DNA from: Camelus dromedarius
Lineage: Eukaryota
Reading direction: 5' to 3'
Length of the DNA stretch: 64,000 bases
Assembly (NCBI RefSeq): GCF_036321535.1
Contig: NC_087438.1
Location: forward strand, 7,070,001-7,134,000
Part shown: positions 1-14,588 of the stretch, piece after piece
How the letters are laid out: the number at the start of each line of letters is the position of its first letter
Numbering within the stretch: the stretch's first letter is position 1
Notes under the pieces: generated by a model
Told to the model about the DNA's origin: nothing
The model's input: only the letters and a program-made list of their open reading frames with translations
Database searches by the model: none
Position numbers and translations under genes: made by a program

Positions 1-3000
1 AGATTCGAAATATACCTTACTGAATTAAATCTAGAAGAATAGCAAAAATAGCAAATTCTGAAAAGGTAGGCACAAAAGGCAGATTATAAATATTCAGTGT
101 TAAGATATTGTGGTAATAGTAACTGAAAGAACAGACATCCCAAAAAGAGTAAATACAAGATTGTGGCATATGATAAATATACCATTCAAAACAAGGAACA
201 AGGATCAGATTATTCAATAAAAGATATTGGGACAACTAGAAAAAATATACATCAGACCTTAAGCTCATATTTTACAAAAAAAAATGTAAATGCCTATGGC
301 TTAGTTACATGTGAAAAAATGAAATCAAAGATTTATTTACAAAAACATGGATAGACTTCAAGTGTAAACATGGTTGTTTAAGTCTATATCCCTCTCACTG
401 TCCTCCTCAAAATCATAAAACAAGAAGCATTACCAAAACAATGCAAAAACTTCACTGAAAGTATCATCAACAGACTTTAAAATATATGTAAAGACTGGTA
501 AATGCAACTGAAACTGAGCAGAAGTTACACAGAAGGAAATAAAAAGAAAAGCACAGAGAATGGAAAGAGGACCTAGCTTGGCCAGAACTCAGAAAATGCC
601 ACCAAGATGCACTTCCTGAAGATGAAGCACTGACACTTTATTATCAGACATGTTCCTTGTCTACAGCAGTAGTTGTGAAAGATGGGAGGTGAGCAGAGTC
701 AGTGGCAGAAGCATAGTTGATTGAAAGAGGCAGAACAGAAGAGTGGGTGTAAAGAATCACACAAAAAGCCACATTTGCAAGAAACAATCTGTCTCTGAAA
801 AGTCACCTTAGCCTCAGTAACCCACCGTCAAAAAGGAACCACTTACCAGCTGGTCAAGGAAAATATCATTCAATGATAAATAGTGAAAGTGGAATTAGCG
901 TAACACTAATACAAAGATGAGGTGGGAGATAATGGGGAAAAGAGAAACAAAATGTATCAAACATGAAGAATGCTCACCAGAAAAATGTTGCCATCGAACA
1001 GATAAAAATTTCAAGAAAGTGTTTCACCAAATTTTAAAATATTCAATGTGGCAGTTATCTCTACAAGGAAGACCAGAAACACAGGGACCTAGGGAAGATG
1101 TGATTATTAGACAGAAAGAAAGAAAATAGGGGCTGGCATACTCCAAGAAAGAAGAAATGGATAAATATTGGAAGGAGCAGAAATGAGTCTTGATACTTTG
1201 GAAACTCAAGAAGAAACATCATAATGAGAAACATGAATATTATAAAACAAAGTTATAGAAAAGATTTTTTTTTTTTGTTAAAAATGATAGATCTGGAAAA
1301 CAGGTAAAGGAGATTCAACATGTATGTAATTGGAATCCTAAAGAAACCCAAAGCAATGTAACAAAGCTAATGTTTAATGACATAATCCACTAAATGTTCA
1401 TGAAATTAAAAAAGAAGAATGTAATCTGCAAAATTGAAAGGGTACACTGTGTACTAGGGAAAAAGTTGATCTAGGAGTGTTACTACCGAAACTTAATCAT
1501 AGTAAAATTTCTGGACTTTAGAAAAAGAAAAATATTCTAGACTAAGAAATCAATCTGTCTTTAGATTTATTCACTTAAAACCAGAAGATAAAGGAGCAGC
1601 ATTTATAAGGTACTCAAAGGGAAAATTTGACCTGTCTTTCAAGTATAAAGGGTACTTTTTTTTTTAATTGCAAGAAGTTAGAAAACATCATTATCATAAA
1701 TCCTTCTTGAGAAAGCTCCTAGAAAAACAAACTTTAGCCAACCAGAAGGCGATTAGAAAATAACAGGCAGAGAACCTGGTGGTGAGCATTGGACATATTT
1801 AATTGTAAAATAAACCGAAACACGTGCAGACTAGGGCCACAGCGCGGAATGAAGTGCTACATGCCACCACAGTGAGGAAAGGACACAGACACAGTCCCGG
1901 GCGGGAAAGGATGAGAAGGTGAAAGGCAGAGTAAGCTTGCCAGTCGCCTCATTTGAAAGAGCTGGAAGACGACACTCATTGCAGCTGACAAATGAAATGG
2001 TAGAAATATAAACATATCTACCTTACAAGGATAAATACTAAGACAGATGGGTACTACTGACTAAAACTGGGTATACGGGAAGGAGAAAAAAGTAAAGATA
2101 CTAACTCTATCGTTACCGTCAGCCCTCTGTATCCATGGGTTTTGCATCCAGGGTCCAACCAACCACAAATGGATACCGATGCCAAGCCCACGGACACGGG
2201 AGGCTGACTGTGTTCCATGTCTTCGGCCGTCTTACGTAAGTGACTTGAGCATCGGTGGATTTTCATATCTTCCCAGGCTCCTGGAACCAATCCTCAGCGG
2301 ATTCAGAGGAACAACTGTACTTTATTCTGGGTAACAAACATATACTGTGTGAAAAGTAGAGGACCAAGGGTATAAACTTCCAATGAAATGTTAAAAGTAA
2401 CTGTCAGAATAAAATCACAATCCTCAAGAATATTTTCAAAGGAAGCAGACCACCAAGGCATCAAAATTGAAAACAATATAAAATAATGTGAAAAAGTAAG
2501 ATCAAATCTATCTACTATTAAGAGACAGTAAAGGAGCTTAACTCAACTACGAGGGAAGAAGGGATGGAAGGGAGGGAGAAAGGGAAGAAGAGGTTGGAAG
2601 GGAGGAATAAAGGGAAGAAGAGAAGAGATTGGATGACAAAAGCAAAACCCAACTCTAAGCTGTACACGGAGCCATTCCAAAAACAAAATACTTCACAAAG
2701 ACTGAAAAGTCTTTTGACTTTTGAATAAAAGGTTTCCAAAGCTCAAGTACAAATTAAAAAAGAGTAAGGGTTGTGATCTTAATATCACTCAAGACAGGCT
2801 GAAGACCCCAAAGTGTTTTTTAAAAAACAAAAATGAGCACTTTATTAAATTAAATGGTGCAATTTTGCAATAAAGGTGTAACTGTTCTAAACATCTGTGC
2901 ACAACTGTCTGTTCTTGATACATAAAGTGGGTGAATAAATAAGTTACAAAGACCAAAACAGCATAATTAATAAATTAATTAAGTAAATAATAAAGTAAGT

Positions 3001-3540
3001 CTGGTTTACATATACACAAATACATTCACACTTGCAAATAAAGAAAATATCTTCAAGTGCTCATGAAATTATCATAAAAACTGGACTCAGGCCAAAAAGA
3101 ATATCCCCAGAAAGCAAAAACAGGGCAGAAAACTTTCTATGATCACAATGCAGGAACACCAGAACAAATCAAAACACACAAAAAACTCTCCATCTGGAAG
3201 GGGAAAAAAATGCTCTTAAGTTCTCCTTGAGTCAAAGAGAATGACAAACAGATGTATATAACATGTGGAAAACAAAAATGAAATGGTCCCAGGTAAGACA
3301 CAAGTAAGAATCCATAGGAAAGAGCTAAGCAAAGCTCAGCAGAAAACACTTCAATTCTATCCATTAAAAAGAGAAGAAAAATGAAGAATGAAAGGAAACG
3401 AAGTAGGCATCCAACCCACAAAGGGAGAGGAATGCAAAGCAACCTAAAAAAGTTACATGGAGAATTATTTTAAAAAGCAGAAAATAATAAATCAGAAGAC
3501 AGAAAAACAATAGAAAAAATAAATCTGAAAGCTGGTTTTG
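1..3540 (+). mobile_element. Ancient degenerate LINE-1 (L1M-type) ORF1/ORF2 remnants
   Basis: Very A-rich + strand with L1-like motifs, e.g. ORF1-like 'atagatctggaaaacaggtaaaggagattcaacatgtatgtaattggaatcc' near 1290-1340 and ORF2 endonuclease-region-like sequence at 2640-3540; no intact ORF. Confidence 0.7.
2116..2317 (-). mobile_element. MER2-like Tigger (Tc1/mariner) non-autonomous DNA transposon
   Basis: Terminal inverted ends ccgtcagccctctgtatcc...ggattcagaggaacaactg flanked by TA; internal 'gacttgagcatcggtggatttt...ctggaaccaatcc' resembles MER2 consensus (recalled). Confidence 0.8.
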
Positions 3541-6500
3541 CTCAGAGAAGAGCTTCCTGTGGCTGAGTCATTTTTTATAGTAGTGCTTGGACTTAAATGC
3601 CTGCACGATGTTAAATGACCATCCAGTGCAGTGGGGACAGGAAAGAATTTCCAATAGAGGGAACTGACTACTCAGGAAAGTAAAGGGGAAGTTCCCAGAG
3701 AGGAACCAGGGCAGGCCAGGGAGACACAGAGAGGACTGGATTGCTTTGTATAGTAAAGTGAGGGGACATTGTGGGGACCCTCAGATGAGGAGTGAGGGTT
3801 GTGAAGAGGAGAGGAAACAGGAAATATGAGAGGGGAGAGAGAGACAGAGACAGAGAGACAGAACAATAACAATATAACGAGAGGGCAGGTTAAGCCCCTG
3901 GGCGGCTCCACCTCCTCCTGTGTTTCCCTCCCACTTTGTTGCCTGCTTGTTCATTACTCTTGGAGCACACCCTTTACTAACTCCTAACACAGGAAAGTAT
4001 GCTGTGTTCTTGCGTGTCTGAAAATGCCTGTAAGCGGGTGGATACCGATGGATATTTTCAGCATAGAATTCCATTGTGGTTCTGGTGCAAGTCACTTTCC
4101 CTCAGGATTTTCAAGGTGCTGCCCTGTTTATCTTCATATTCTGCATGGAGCAGGCTAGAAAAAAGCAGCAGATCAGTAGGTACAAAAATGGATAGCTCTC
4201 CAAGGCACCACACTGAATGAAAACTGCAAGTCTCTAAGTAATTTATAAGATGTGACATCTTTTATACCAAAAGACTTTAGAAAGGGCTCCTCTGAAGGCA
4301 GGAAAGGGGCACGGGAGCTGGGGGACCCTGGTCCAGATGGACATTAGCCTGTGTCTTTTCTGTGTGTTTTTCAATTTATCTTACAGGTACAATTTCCTCA
4401 CTAATCCAAAAAAAAAAAAAAAAACAGTTTGAACAAAAATATGAAAATAAGGTTCCAGAGCTCTTAAAACCAAACTACTCCAAAATAAAGTTTGAACAAA
4501 ATTTTCCTCCCAAGAGCTCAGTAAGTACACACTATTTTCTTACATCTTGCCACTTTTATCACCTTCTCGTTTGACTTTTTAATACAACTGGAATTTGTTT
4601 TGTTGTATGGTATGACTTGATGTCTTATTATGATATTTTTCCTATTTCCTTACCAATTTTTCCCACCCCATTTATTCAATATTCTTTCTCTTCCCTACTG
4701 AGTTCAGTGCATCCTTGAGGAAAGTATCATATATCATGTATCAATGTATCATGGAAAATATGTCACATAGAACCCAGGCTTCCTGATTCCCAGCCTGGTG
4801 ATCATTCCACTACCTTACCAAGTTGTTATTCAATTACCTTTGATCTAGATGCTGTCTTTTCCTAGAGTTTTAAAATATTTCACATTTCTAACACACAATT
4901 TTGTTCTTGGATTTGAATAAAGTTAGATTTTTGGCCTCTGTTTTGTGGGATGTTTTTCCAAGCTGTGGACAAGGGGCAGAGAGGAATGCTTGAGTTCATT
5001 CATTGATCTGTTCAGCAAACATTCCTTGAGCCCTCACCAAGTTCCACATACTCTTTCCAATGCTGGGGATATTAGGGAATAAGAACAAAGAGTTACCTGT
5101 TACTTTTTTATTTTGCCTTTTATTTTATTTAGACTTTCCCCAAGTAGACTTTCCCCAAGTCTTTGCTGTTTTATTATTCACTCCATATACCCTATGGCCA
5201 TGATTCCAAATCAGATGACTCCTGCTCCCTGGTTTGGGATGATGTGTAGTTTTGACACTTAGTGACTATTCCATGGGTCCCCCCACCTTCCCAATAAGCT
5301 AACTTTACCCAAGATTTACAAAGATCAAAGCCTGTCCTGCTCCCAGGACTTTGTAGAAGTTGGGGTTCATGGTGTTGGCACCTGACTCCCCATCCTTTTC
5401 TATCTCTTCATTCACTAAAAACAAAAGGGTTTGCTAAGGAGATCTACCGTGCCTTTTCCAAAGAGGAAATGTTCTCTGCAGCAGAGATAATAATCCAGTG
5501 CCAGTGATGGGGGTGGGAGGGATGCTTTGAAAACCTCTCCAGTTAGTTGTGATTTATTATACAGACGCCAGGACCCCCGGATCACGTGGATTCATGGAAC
5601 TCTCCGTGGTGCCCTGGATCTATAAACCAGTGAACAGACATTACATCTAACCACAGGAATCATCTCCCCATCTCTGGTGGCTGCAGTGTGGGCAACATTC
5701 TTCATTTAATATGCCATTTAGAAGCAATAAGTGACTGAGGTAAGGAGGAGACACCGTTTCATTATAGGGTAACTCTTGCTCAGATGAACTAGATTCAGTG
5801 GAAATTAAAGCCATAGGAGATTGTGTGTTTGGATCCATGACAAATCTGAAAAATTAACACAAAATATTGTGTCTAGTCATTACACTTCTTTGAGCAGGCA
5901 GGTTACCATCTTTCTCAATGATAATGACTTTTTCCATAAGGATATAGACTTGGACTGCGTGCATTACTGCCTTACTAGTAAATAATATTTGATACTATGG
6001 TGCAGATTTTCTTAATAAAGCTAAAGATTTTGAACCTGAAACAGCCCTTGAAAACAGAACTTCCCAAGTGGGGGGGGGCCACAGCTCAGTGGCATTTGGC
6101 AGATGGGTTAAAGGTGGTTGTGGGGCCGGATCCCCTCAGTCCCAGAACACGCAGAGCCCAGACCCCTCACCCTGGCCATGGGCAGCCGCCTCCAACTACC
6201 TCAGTGCCTGTACAAGCGCTGTCACCTTCTGCATTCGCCATGATGTGGAAAGAGCTTACGAAGCACTGTTGCAGTATAACATAAGCCGAGGAAATTCCCA
6301 TGTCAATTGTATAGAAAACAGAAATGCTCTTAAGCAAATTGTCAAAGCTAAGACGCTCCCAATAGGCAGTAGGTTTTCCTGTTTCCCTCCTTGCAGCAGG
6401 CACGCTAAGACTGCCTGCCTTAGGCTGTCCAGGGCCTGGAACGACGGTTAGAGGGCCTTCCCCCACTTGATGGAGGCTCATTGTTTTGTCTTCCCGTCAC

Positions 6501-6921
6501 TCCTCCACGCTTCCACTGAGAAAGTTCTTCCTTTATTCTGGAAGATGCTTCCCCTCACTCCAACCACATGTTTCCAGGGGGGGATGTCAACTGCCTACAG
6601 ACCCCACCTCCTGTCCGTGCTGACTGTTCCGCAGAGGGTACCTAACCCACAATGGGCAAATCCAGGGCCTCCCTGGCCAACCTGAGCCTGGTCCCAGGGT
6701 GGGGGCGTGGACGGGGAGGGCAGACACGTGACAGGGAGGCTCGGGCTGTCGGAGGGGCCTCCCCACCGCGTGACAGCAACAATGTGACAGACGGGAGTCG
6801 GGGATTCTGTAGGAAGCAAAGAGAGTTAAAAAGACAGTCAGACCTGGAGACCCAGCTGCATCTCAGTCTTCTCATGGTGACATGAGGTTGCCAGTGATTT
6901 TTTTCCCTGTTTCCTAGGTCT

Positions 6922-7085
6922 TTGCTACTCAAAGCGTGGTCCTAAGCGCATCAGCTTTAGGACCTCCTGGAAGTCTGTTAGAAATGCAGAATCTCAGCCC
7001 AACCTCAGGCCCAGTGGACCAGACACTGCATTTTAACAAGATCCCCAGGTGGCTGGGCACACGCTGAAGTCCGAGAAGCCCCAGC
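6922..7085. mobile_element. MER5A-like hAT-Charlie DNA transposon
   Basis: 'tactcaaagcgtggtcc...ttagaaatgcagaatctcagccc...ctgcattttaacaagatccccaggtg' is typical MER5A. Confidence 0.8.
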
Positions 7086-7409
7086 CTGGCCACTTCAGGG
7101 TGGGCCTCCCTGTCACTAGGTGACCCACTGGTACACTCTGACACCCGGAGCCTTTGTGTAAACCCTGTAGGTGCTTGGACACCCGCGTGGGAAATTAAAA
7201 AGACCTCCTCCTAGGCACCAAAAGGGTTCTTAGGCCTCACCTCAATCATGGACAATGGCCCTTCATGGAGAGAACAGGCCTGAGCGGCCGCAGGCACAGG
7301 GCGGGCCTGGGGCGAGGAGAGCGAGGCACCGGAGGCTGTGGGTTTAAGGACGCGCTCGCTCTGGGGTCTTTCAAGTGCAGAGTTGGCACTTGCCTGACCC
7401 TGAGAGTAA

Positions 7410-8600
7410 ATGCCGCCTTGAGACTGAGCACCTGTGTGTTGCCGGTAGGCGTGTAAAACGGTGCCGCCCCGCGGGAAGCCGTTCAGTGGGTCCTCAAAAA
7501 GTTACACGGAAAATTACCATACGACCCAGAAATTCCACTTCTAGGTCTATCCCCCCCCCAAAACTGACACCTGGCGCTGAAATAAATATACACACACACA
7601 AACACACACACACATATTCACAGCGACAGTAGTCCCAATAGCAGAAGGCAGGAACAGCCCAAACGTCCGACATGGGAAGAACAGGTAAACCAAACGCGGC
7701 AGAGCTACACGAAGCAGCCGTCCTCAGCCCCAGACAGGCAGGGGGCACGGCACCCCTCGCTCTGCTGTGCGTCACCTTCTGCCTTTCGCAGATACCGGGT
7801 TTCCTACAAACCGAAGGTTTGTGGCATCCCCGTGTCGAGCAAGCCCATCAGCACCACTTCCCCAGCAGCGTTTACTCACTTTGTGTCTCTGTGTCACACT
7901 TTGGCAATTTTCTCAATATTCACACTTCTCCATTATTATTATGGTTGTTACGGTGGCCTGTGATCGGTGATCGTTGATGTTACAACTCGCTGAAGGCTCG
8001 GATGACGCTTAGCATTTTTCACAATAAAGTATTTTTTCGTTGAAGTATGCACCTTTTTTTTAGACATAGTGCTATTGCATACATTATTATACGATAGTAT
8101 AATTACAGTGTAGATTATCTATACTGCAAACATAACTTTTATATGCCCTGGGAAACCAAAACCCTTGTGTGCCTCACTTTGCTGTGACAGTCACATTTTG
8201 TGGTGTTCTGGAACCAGATCCCCAATATCTCTGAGGTCTGCCTGTACTGATACACGGCACACTGTGGATGAACTTCAAAAACGTTATGCTGAGAGAAAGG
8301 ACACTGACACAACAGTTTGTATGACTCCAATTACATGAAATGTCAAGAAGAGGTAAATCCATAGAGAAAGAAAGCAGACTGGGGGATGCTAGCAGCAGGG
8401 GAGAAGGGGTGGGAGCCACAGCTTAATATGCAAGGTTAGGGTGTGAATGTTTTGGAACAAGACAGAGGTGGTGGTTGCCCGGCACCATGAATATACTAAA
8501 TGCCCCGGAACTGTTCACTTTAAAATGGTTCACTTTATGTTATGTGAATCTCACATCTATTTTTAAAAATGAAAATAATAAAAGAACTGTCAACAACAAC
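7410..8600 (+). mobile_element. Old LINE-1 (L1MB-like) 3' end, interrupted by Tigger1
   Basis: 'aattaccatacgacccagaaattccacttctaggt' and 3'UTR 'aatatactaaatgcc...ctgttcactttaaaatggtt...atgttatgtgaat' followed by an A-rich tail. Confidence 0.75.
7746..8245 (+). mobile_element. Internally deleted Tigger1 DNA transposon
   Basis: 5' 'ctacaaaccgaaggtttgtggcatccccgtgtcgagcaagc' and 3' 'ggaaaccaaaa...ctggaaccagatccccaatatctctgaggtctgcctg|ta' match Tigger1 ends. Confidence 0.8.
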
Positions 8601-9878
8601 AAAAATTAAGTGAGGCAGCTGGCATAAGACCAATCTAATGATAACACCCACGGCACGATCCCCAAGCAAGATCCAGCCCCACAGAGTCCAAGTTTGTCTT
8701 TCCACACCTTCCCGTGACCGCAGAGCTTTGTAGCATCTGATTTCTGCAAAATATCACAACTATGTGTGTACGCCACTGCTACACTCCCTGCCACTTCTGA
8801 GAGGCTGATAGCGGTAGAAGGTGTGTCCTCAAAGAGAGAGCTGGGAAAGAAGTGAAGAGGGAAAAATAAACCGGGATCTTTACTTCCACGTAGAGATCAA
8901 CCTTGTGTTTAATCAAATAAAAAAAAGTGAAACCTATTTGTTGTCAAATATTCAGAGAAAAGCCAGTGGAGAGCTTTGCAGCAGGAAGATAGGGCCAGGC
9001 TGGCAGGATCGTGGGAACCACCATTTATCATTTCTGAGTAATTTCCATTTCCAGCCTGCTTTACAATCATTTATGCACCGCTTGAAACTGGACTGATAGT
9101 GGCTTATTTGTTATTCTGAGGAAGGAAACAAAGGCATGGAAAGGTCGGCGTGACTTGCTGAAACAACAGACCAAGAACTAGAACTCGGAACCCTGAGCGG
9201 CAAGGTCCTGGGCCCCGTTTGCCTTTCTCCAGCTGGGACTGTCTTGTGGGTGATGTTCCCAGGAGCCGACGGAGCTGCGTCACAGAACTTGGGGGAATCA
9301 GCTGTCTGCGTGGATTTTTCTTTCTCCCTGTCTGCAGGCTTCCCCCTCACCTGCCTGCAAACTGATGCTAAGACAAGTCTTCAGTATCTCTTCCGGCATC
9401 TTTCCTGACTCCCCAGGCCCTCCGCCCTCCCGCGCATCCTGGCCTCCCATCACCGATGGTGTTTCCCTCCTCCTAACGTGGAGAGTCCCTGCTCACCTCG
9501 ACACTCCTACCTCTGCTCGGTACATCTCCGCCCACCCAAACCCTCCTCATCCCAACAGCAGGGATGAGGACGTGGCACCAGACACGGGGCCAAGGACTTC
9601 ATTAAGTCCTTGAGTAGCTGCTTCTGTCACGGGATCCGTTTGAGCCTCAGCTCCGGCGAGGCCCACAGACAACAGAAACACAAACTAACCCACCGCCTCT
9701 GAGATAAACCCGACAGTTCCACAGCCTCAGTCCCCAAACCGGCCTGTGATCCGCGACATAACTCACCTGTGAGTGCAAACAAGGTCAAGCCAAGAGACCT
9801 CCCACGGCCACCCAAGAGAAAAAGGAGATTTCGGATCTTTTAAACTATCCCCAAACAGCTGCACCTCTTCTAAGAGGC

Positions 9879-10310
9879 TGTATGATTTTCCCACGGTGGC
9901 CAACACAAATGACAACCACCTGAGTGGCTGGAAACAACATAGTCCTCTCATAGTCCTGGAGGCCAGGCATCCAAAATTAAGATGTCAGCGGGGTCGTGCA
10001 CCAGCTAGAGGTCTGGAGAGAATCCTTCTTTGCCTCTCCCTGGCATGTGACGGTGTTGCCAGCAGCCCTTAGCACTCCTGGCTCATAGATGTGTCCCTCC
10101 AGTCTCTGCCCCCATCATCCCACGGCCTTCTCCCTGCGTGTCTGGGCACCCACTTTCTCTTCTTATAAGGACACCAGCCACTGGGCATCCCTGCTCCAGC
10201 CCTACTCCAGTGAGACCTCATCATAACTATCTGCAAATTTCCAAATAAGGTCACCTTCTGAGGCTCTGGGTGGACATGAACTTGGAGGGGACACGATTCA
10301 ACCCAGTACA
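9879..10310 (-). mobile_element. MLT1 (ERVL-MaLR) solo LTR
   Basis: tgtatg...gtaca termini, 'cttataaggacaccagcca', 'ccaaataaggtcaccttctgagg', approximate TSD gaggc/gaggg. Confidence 0.85.
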
Positions 10311-11754
10311 GAGGGGAAGGTGAGCGGCAGGAAAAAAGGATTGCGACTAGGATGGACAGAAGGGTGATTCCAGTTTCTATAGCTTCATTTCCCCAGCTGC
10401 TAAGACTCCCCCAGGAGAACCCCCCTCGACATCCTGAGTGACGTCTGGGCCTTTGCTGTGTCAGCCCTCCATCCTCTGCTGTCCAAGGATGAGTGGCTGC
10501 CTTGGGTCACTGGCTTCCTTCCATCCTGAAGGAATCCCCCAGCCCCTGCCCTCCTCACCTAGGTGTTCAGTTTGCAGAGATGGATATTAAATCAGACTTT
10601 CATCTGGTTCATTACATTTTGATGATTTTTGAGCTACTGGGATTTTCAGCTGGAAAGAAAATACTTTGATACAGCAACGCCCACAGGATGGCTCGAGGCC
10701 AAGCTGTGTTAAAGGACACTTGGAGCGTCCTGGGAGGTGGTGGAGTGTGAGTCCGTGTACAGATATGTCACCTAAAACCCACTTGTTGACTCACTAGTTA
10801 GCCCAGAGGGAGATGTAGTTGAGTGGAAGAGTTTTAATCAGAATTCTGGTATAAAGTAACAGGCCCCAAAGGAAAGAAAGCCTTTGAGTACCTGCACTGC
10901 GTTCCTCTGATTCAGCGCGGCTTGTTTTAATGCAAAGTTTAATGCAAAGTTAAGAGGGAAGAGGCAACAGAGCGGTGACATGCATAAATCACTGGTTGCA
11001 AATTTACCAACGTGATTCAAGGGGAGAGCTTTGACTGGGCTGGCTTGGGCTGTTTCAGAGGCTTCTGCTCTTTTTTCACTGATTCTTCTTAATAGGATGG
11101 CCACTGCATCTCCCAGTCTGTGGTCTAGCCTAGAGCACACCCTCACCGCTGCTGATTTGATGTCGTATCTGCACACACATCTTTTCCCTTGTCTGCCATC
11201 ATCTTTATGCTTGATGCTGTCCTGAGTCTGATTCCCTTTTTGTCTCTTACAGCCCTCAACAGAGTTCCTGCCATGGTGCCTTACTCCCAGCAGGGGCTGA
11301 GTAAATGGGGTGCAATGAACAGACGGGATATGATCTGCTGGTGGGGCTGTATTCAGGAACAGAAAACAATATTCAGCGTGCACTGGATTCACAAATAGTG
11401 ACAAGTGATGGATGTTGGGCAGCAGAGAGGATGCAGAGAAAAGAGGTGCCGTTGAGATGCAGGTTTCGTCTCTCTCTCCCAGCTCTGGCCACCAGCTGAG
11501 CTGTGCAGCCCTCAGCTCTTTCTCAGCCTGCAGGACCTCTTCAGTGTTTCTGAGGGCGACTACCAGAAGTGAATGCCTCGTAAGAGCCAGGAGAACAAAC
11601 CCCAAGCCAGGCTGCCAACGTGAGCAGAACTAGATAAAAAGGAAGCTAAGGCATGCAGCCAAAAGTGATGGAGCCCAGATACAGGGCGCAAAGCAGATGG
11701 GAGGTAAGCCGGGAGGAGCTCAGGACTGCTCACAAGCAGACACACCCCGACCGC

Positions 11755-12168
11755 CGTGGGTCACTGAGCCCACCCCTCCCCCTCCGATTCATATATTAGA
11801 GTCCCAGTCCCCAGCAGCTCAGAATGTGACCTTATTTGGAGACAGAGTCCTTACAGAGGTAATCAAGTTAAAGTGAGATCATCAGGGTGGCCTTGATCCA
11901 GTATGACTGGTGTCCCTATAAAAGGGGGAAATTCGGACACAGAAACACACAGAGGGGAGATGATGTGAATAAACAGAAGACGGCCGTCTACAAGCCACGG
12001 AGAGAGGCCTGGAAGAACAGACGCTTCCCTCACGGCCCTCAGAAAGAACCAACCCTGCAGACACCTTGATCTCAGAGTTTGGCCCCTGAAACTGTGAGAC
12101 AATGAAGTTCTGTTGTTTAAGCCCCCAGCGTGTGGCACTTCGTCACGGCAGCCCAAGCACACTAACAG
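11755..12168 (+). mobile_element. MLT1 solo LTR
   Basis: 'cagaatgtgaccttatttggagacag...gtaatcaagttaaagtgag...gactggtgtccctataaaag...gacaccttgatctcagagttt...aactgtgagacaat'. Confidence 0.85.
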
Positions 12169-12649
12169 GCCTGTGATGCCTGTCCCTGCAGCCCCTGCTC
12201 AACTTACAAGGCACATGGGGGGCACCTAGGGGGCCTTTGAAAATGAGACCCAGGCCCCACCAGCCTCCAACACGTCCCTCTGGCGGTTCTATTGTCAGTC
12301 TCCATTAGTGATGCTAATTTTAACCATTTGTATCTTAAGAAATGTGGTGCAGCAAAAACTGCCTGGTAATTCAGCAATATCAACCAAACTTTTTTCATGT
12401 GACTGTTTTTTGATCCAGTAATTCCACGTCCAAGGATCTAGAAAATTTCCCCCCAAAATAATGACACCAGTGCTCAGAGCCGTGCATAAGGATGTTTCCT
12501 GCAGCATTTTTCTGTTCCTTGTTTGTTTATTCTTAATTTTTATTTGAAAATAATTCAAACTTACAGAAAAGTGGCAATAATGAAAATAGTACGTAGCATG
12601 CTCATGTACCACTTACCCGGAATCTCTCACTGTTAACATTTTGCTTCAT

Positions 12650-13133
12650 TTTACCTAAGTAGAGTTGATGTGAAATATTGTGTAAGTTTCCAGTGTACAG
12701 CAAAGTGATTCCGTTTTTTTTCAATTCTTTTCCATTATAGATTATTACAAGATATTAAATATAGTTCCCTGTGCTATATAGTAAATCCTTGTTGTTTATC
12801 TATTTTATACATGGTAGTGTGTATCTATTAATCCCATACTCCCAATTTATCCCTCCTTCCTCTTCCCCTTTGGTAACCATAATTTATTTTCTATGTCTAT
12901 GACTCTGTTTCTGTTTTGTAAATAAGTTCATTTGTACTATTTTTTAGATTCCACATATAAGTGTTATCGTATAATATTTGTCTTTCTCTGTCTGACTTAT
13001 TTCACTTAGTATGATAATCTATAGGTTCATAAATGTTGCTACATATGGCATTAATTCACCCTTCCTTGTAACTAATATTCCAGTATATATGTATAATATA
13101 CACGTGTGTGTGTATATATATATATACAAACAG

Positions 13134-13166
<33 letters not shown>

Positions 13167-14212
13167 CACACATCACATGTTCTTTATCCATTAATCTGTG
13201 GATGGACACTTAGGTTGTTTCCATGTCATGGCAATTGCAAATAGTGCTGCCATGAACACTGGTGTGCATGTATCTTTTCAAATTAGAGTTTTGGTCTTTT
13301 CCAGATACATGCCCAGGAGTGGGATTGCTGGATCATATGGTAACTCTACTTTCAGTTTTTTAAGGAACCTCCATACTGTTCTCTATAGTAGCTGCACCAA
13401 ACTACATTTCCACCAACAGGGTAGGAGGGTTCTCTTTTCTCCACATCCTCTCCAGCATTTATTATTTGTAGACTTTTTGATGATGGTCATTCTGACTGGT
13501 GTGAGGTGACACCTCATTGTAGTTTTGATTTGCATTTCTCTAACAATTAGCGATGTTGAGCATCTTTTCATGTGCTTATTAGCCATCTGGATGTCTTCTT
13601 TGGAGAAACATCTACTTAGGTTTCCTGCCCATTTTTTGATTGGATTGTTTGGGGGGTTTTTGTTATTGAGTTGTTTGAGCTATTTGTATATTTTGGAAAT
13701 TAGTCCCTTGTCAGTCACATCATTTGCAAATATTTTCTCCCATTCTGTAAGTTGTTCTTTCATTTTTGTTTGTGGTTTTCTTTGCTGTGCAAAAGCTTGT
13801 AAGTTTAATAAGGTCTTGTTTGTTTATTTTTACTTTCATTTCTTTTGCCTTGGGAGACTGACCTAAGAAAATGTTGCTATGATTTATGTCAGAGAATGTT
13901 CTGCCTATGTTCTCTTCTAGGAGTTTTATGGTGTCATGTCCTATATTTATGTCTTTAAGCCATTTTGAGTTTATTTTTATGTAAGGTGTCGGGGAGTGTT
14001 CTAACTTCATTTATTTACATGCAGCTGTCCAGCTTTCCCAACACCACCTCCTGAAGAGGCTGTCTTTCTCTATTGTATATTCTTGCCTCGTTTGTCAAAG
14101 ATTAATTGATCATAGGTATATAGGCTTATTTCTGGGCTCTCTATTCTGTTCCATTGACCCATGTGTCTGTTTTTGTGCCAATCCCATGCTGTTTTGATTA
14201 CTGTAGCTTTGT
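12650..14212 (-). mobile_element. Lineage-specific LINE-1, 3' ORF2 plus 3'UTR, nested in an older L1
   Basis: ORF track gives L1 ORF2 C-terminal peptides on the - strand (13383-13586 [13 protein letters not shown]...CWRGCGEK; 13720-14010 [20 protein letters not shown]). Confidence 0.92.
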
Positions 14213-14588
14213 TGCTTCATTTGTTTTACAGTCTTCAACTTTTTCTCTCTCAGCCTCTCTCAACCCTTTGAAAAAAGACTGATCACATTATAGCTTTTTA
14301 ATCCCAATGGCTTCAATGTGTATTTCCTAAATGTAAAGATACTGTCTTACATCATCACAACTATTATCAACCTCAGTAAACGTATCATGGAAACAGTACT
14401 TTTATCCAATCTATCTTCCCTATTCCAGTTGTATCAAATGACCAAAACTAAATGTCCTTTGAGAATTTTTCCTCCACTACAAAATACAGCTTAGCTCAGG
14501 AATTATACTTAGTTGCCATGACTTTTTAGTCTCTGTCAGTCTGTAACATTTCCCACAGCTTTTCTTTGTCTCTTATGATATTGACACT

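Noticed and set aside
10838..11605. 255-aa ORF on the - strand
   Set aside because: Non-ATG start, no recognisable domain, composition typical of a chance ORF, and it appears to overlap degenerate repeat-like sequence.
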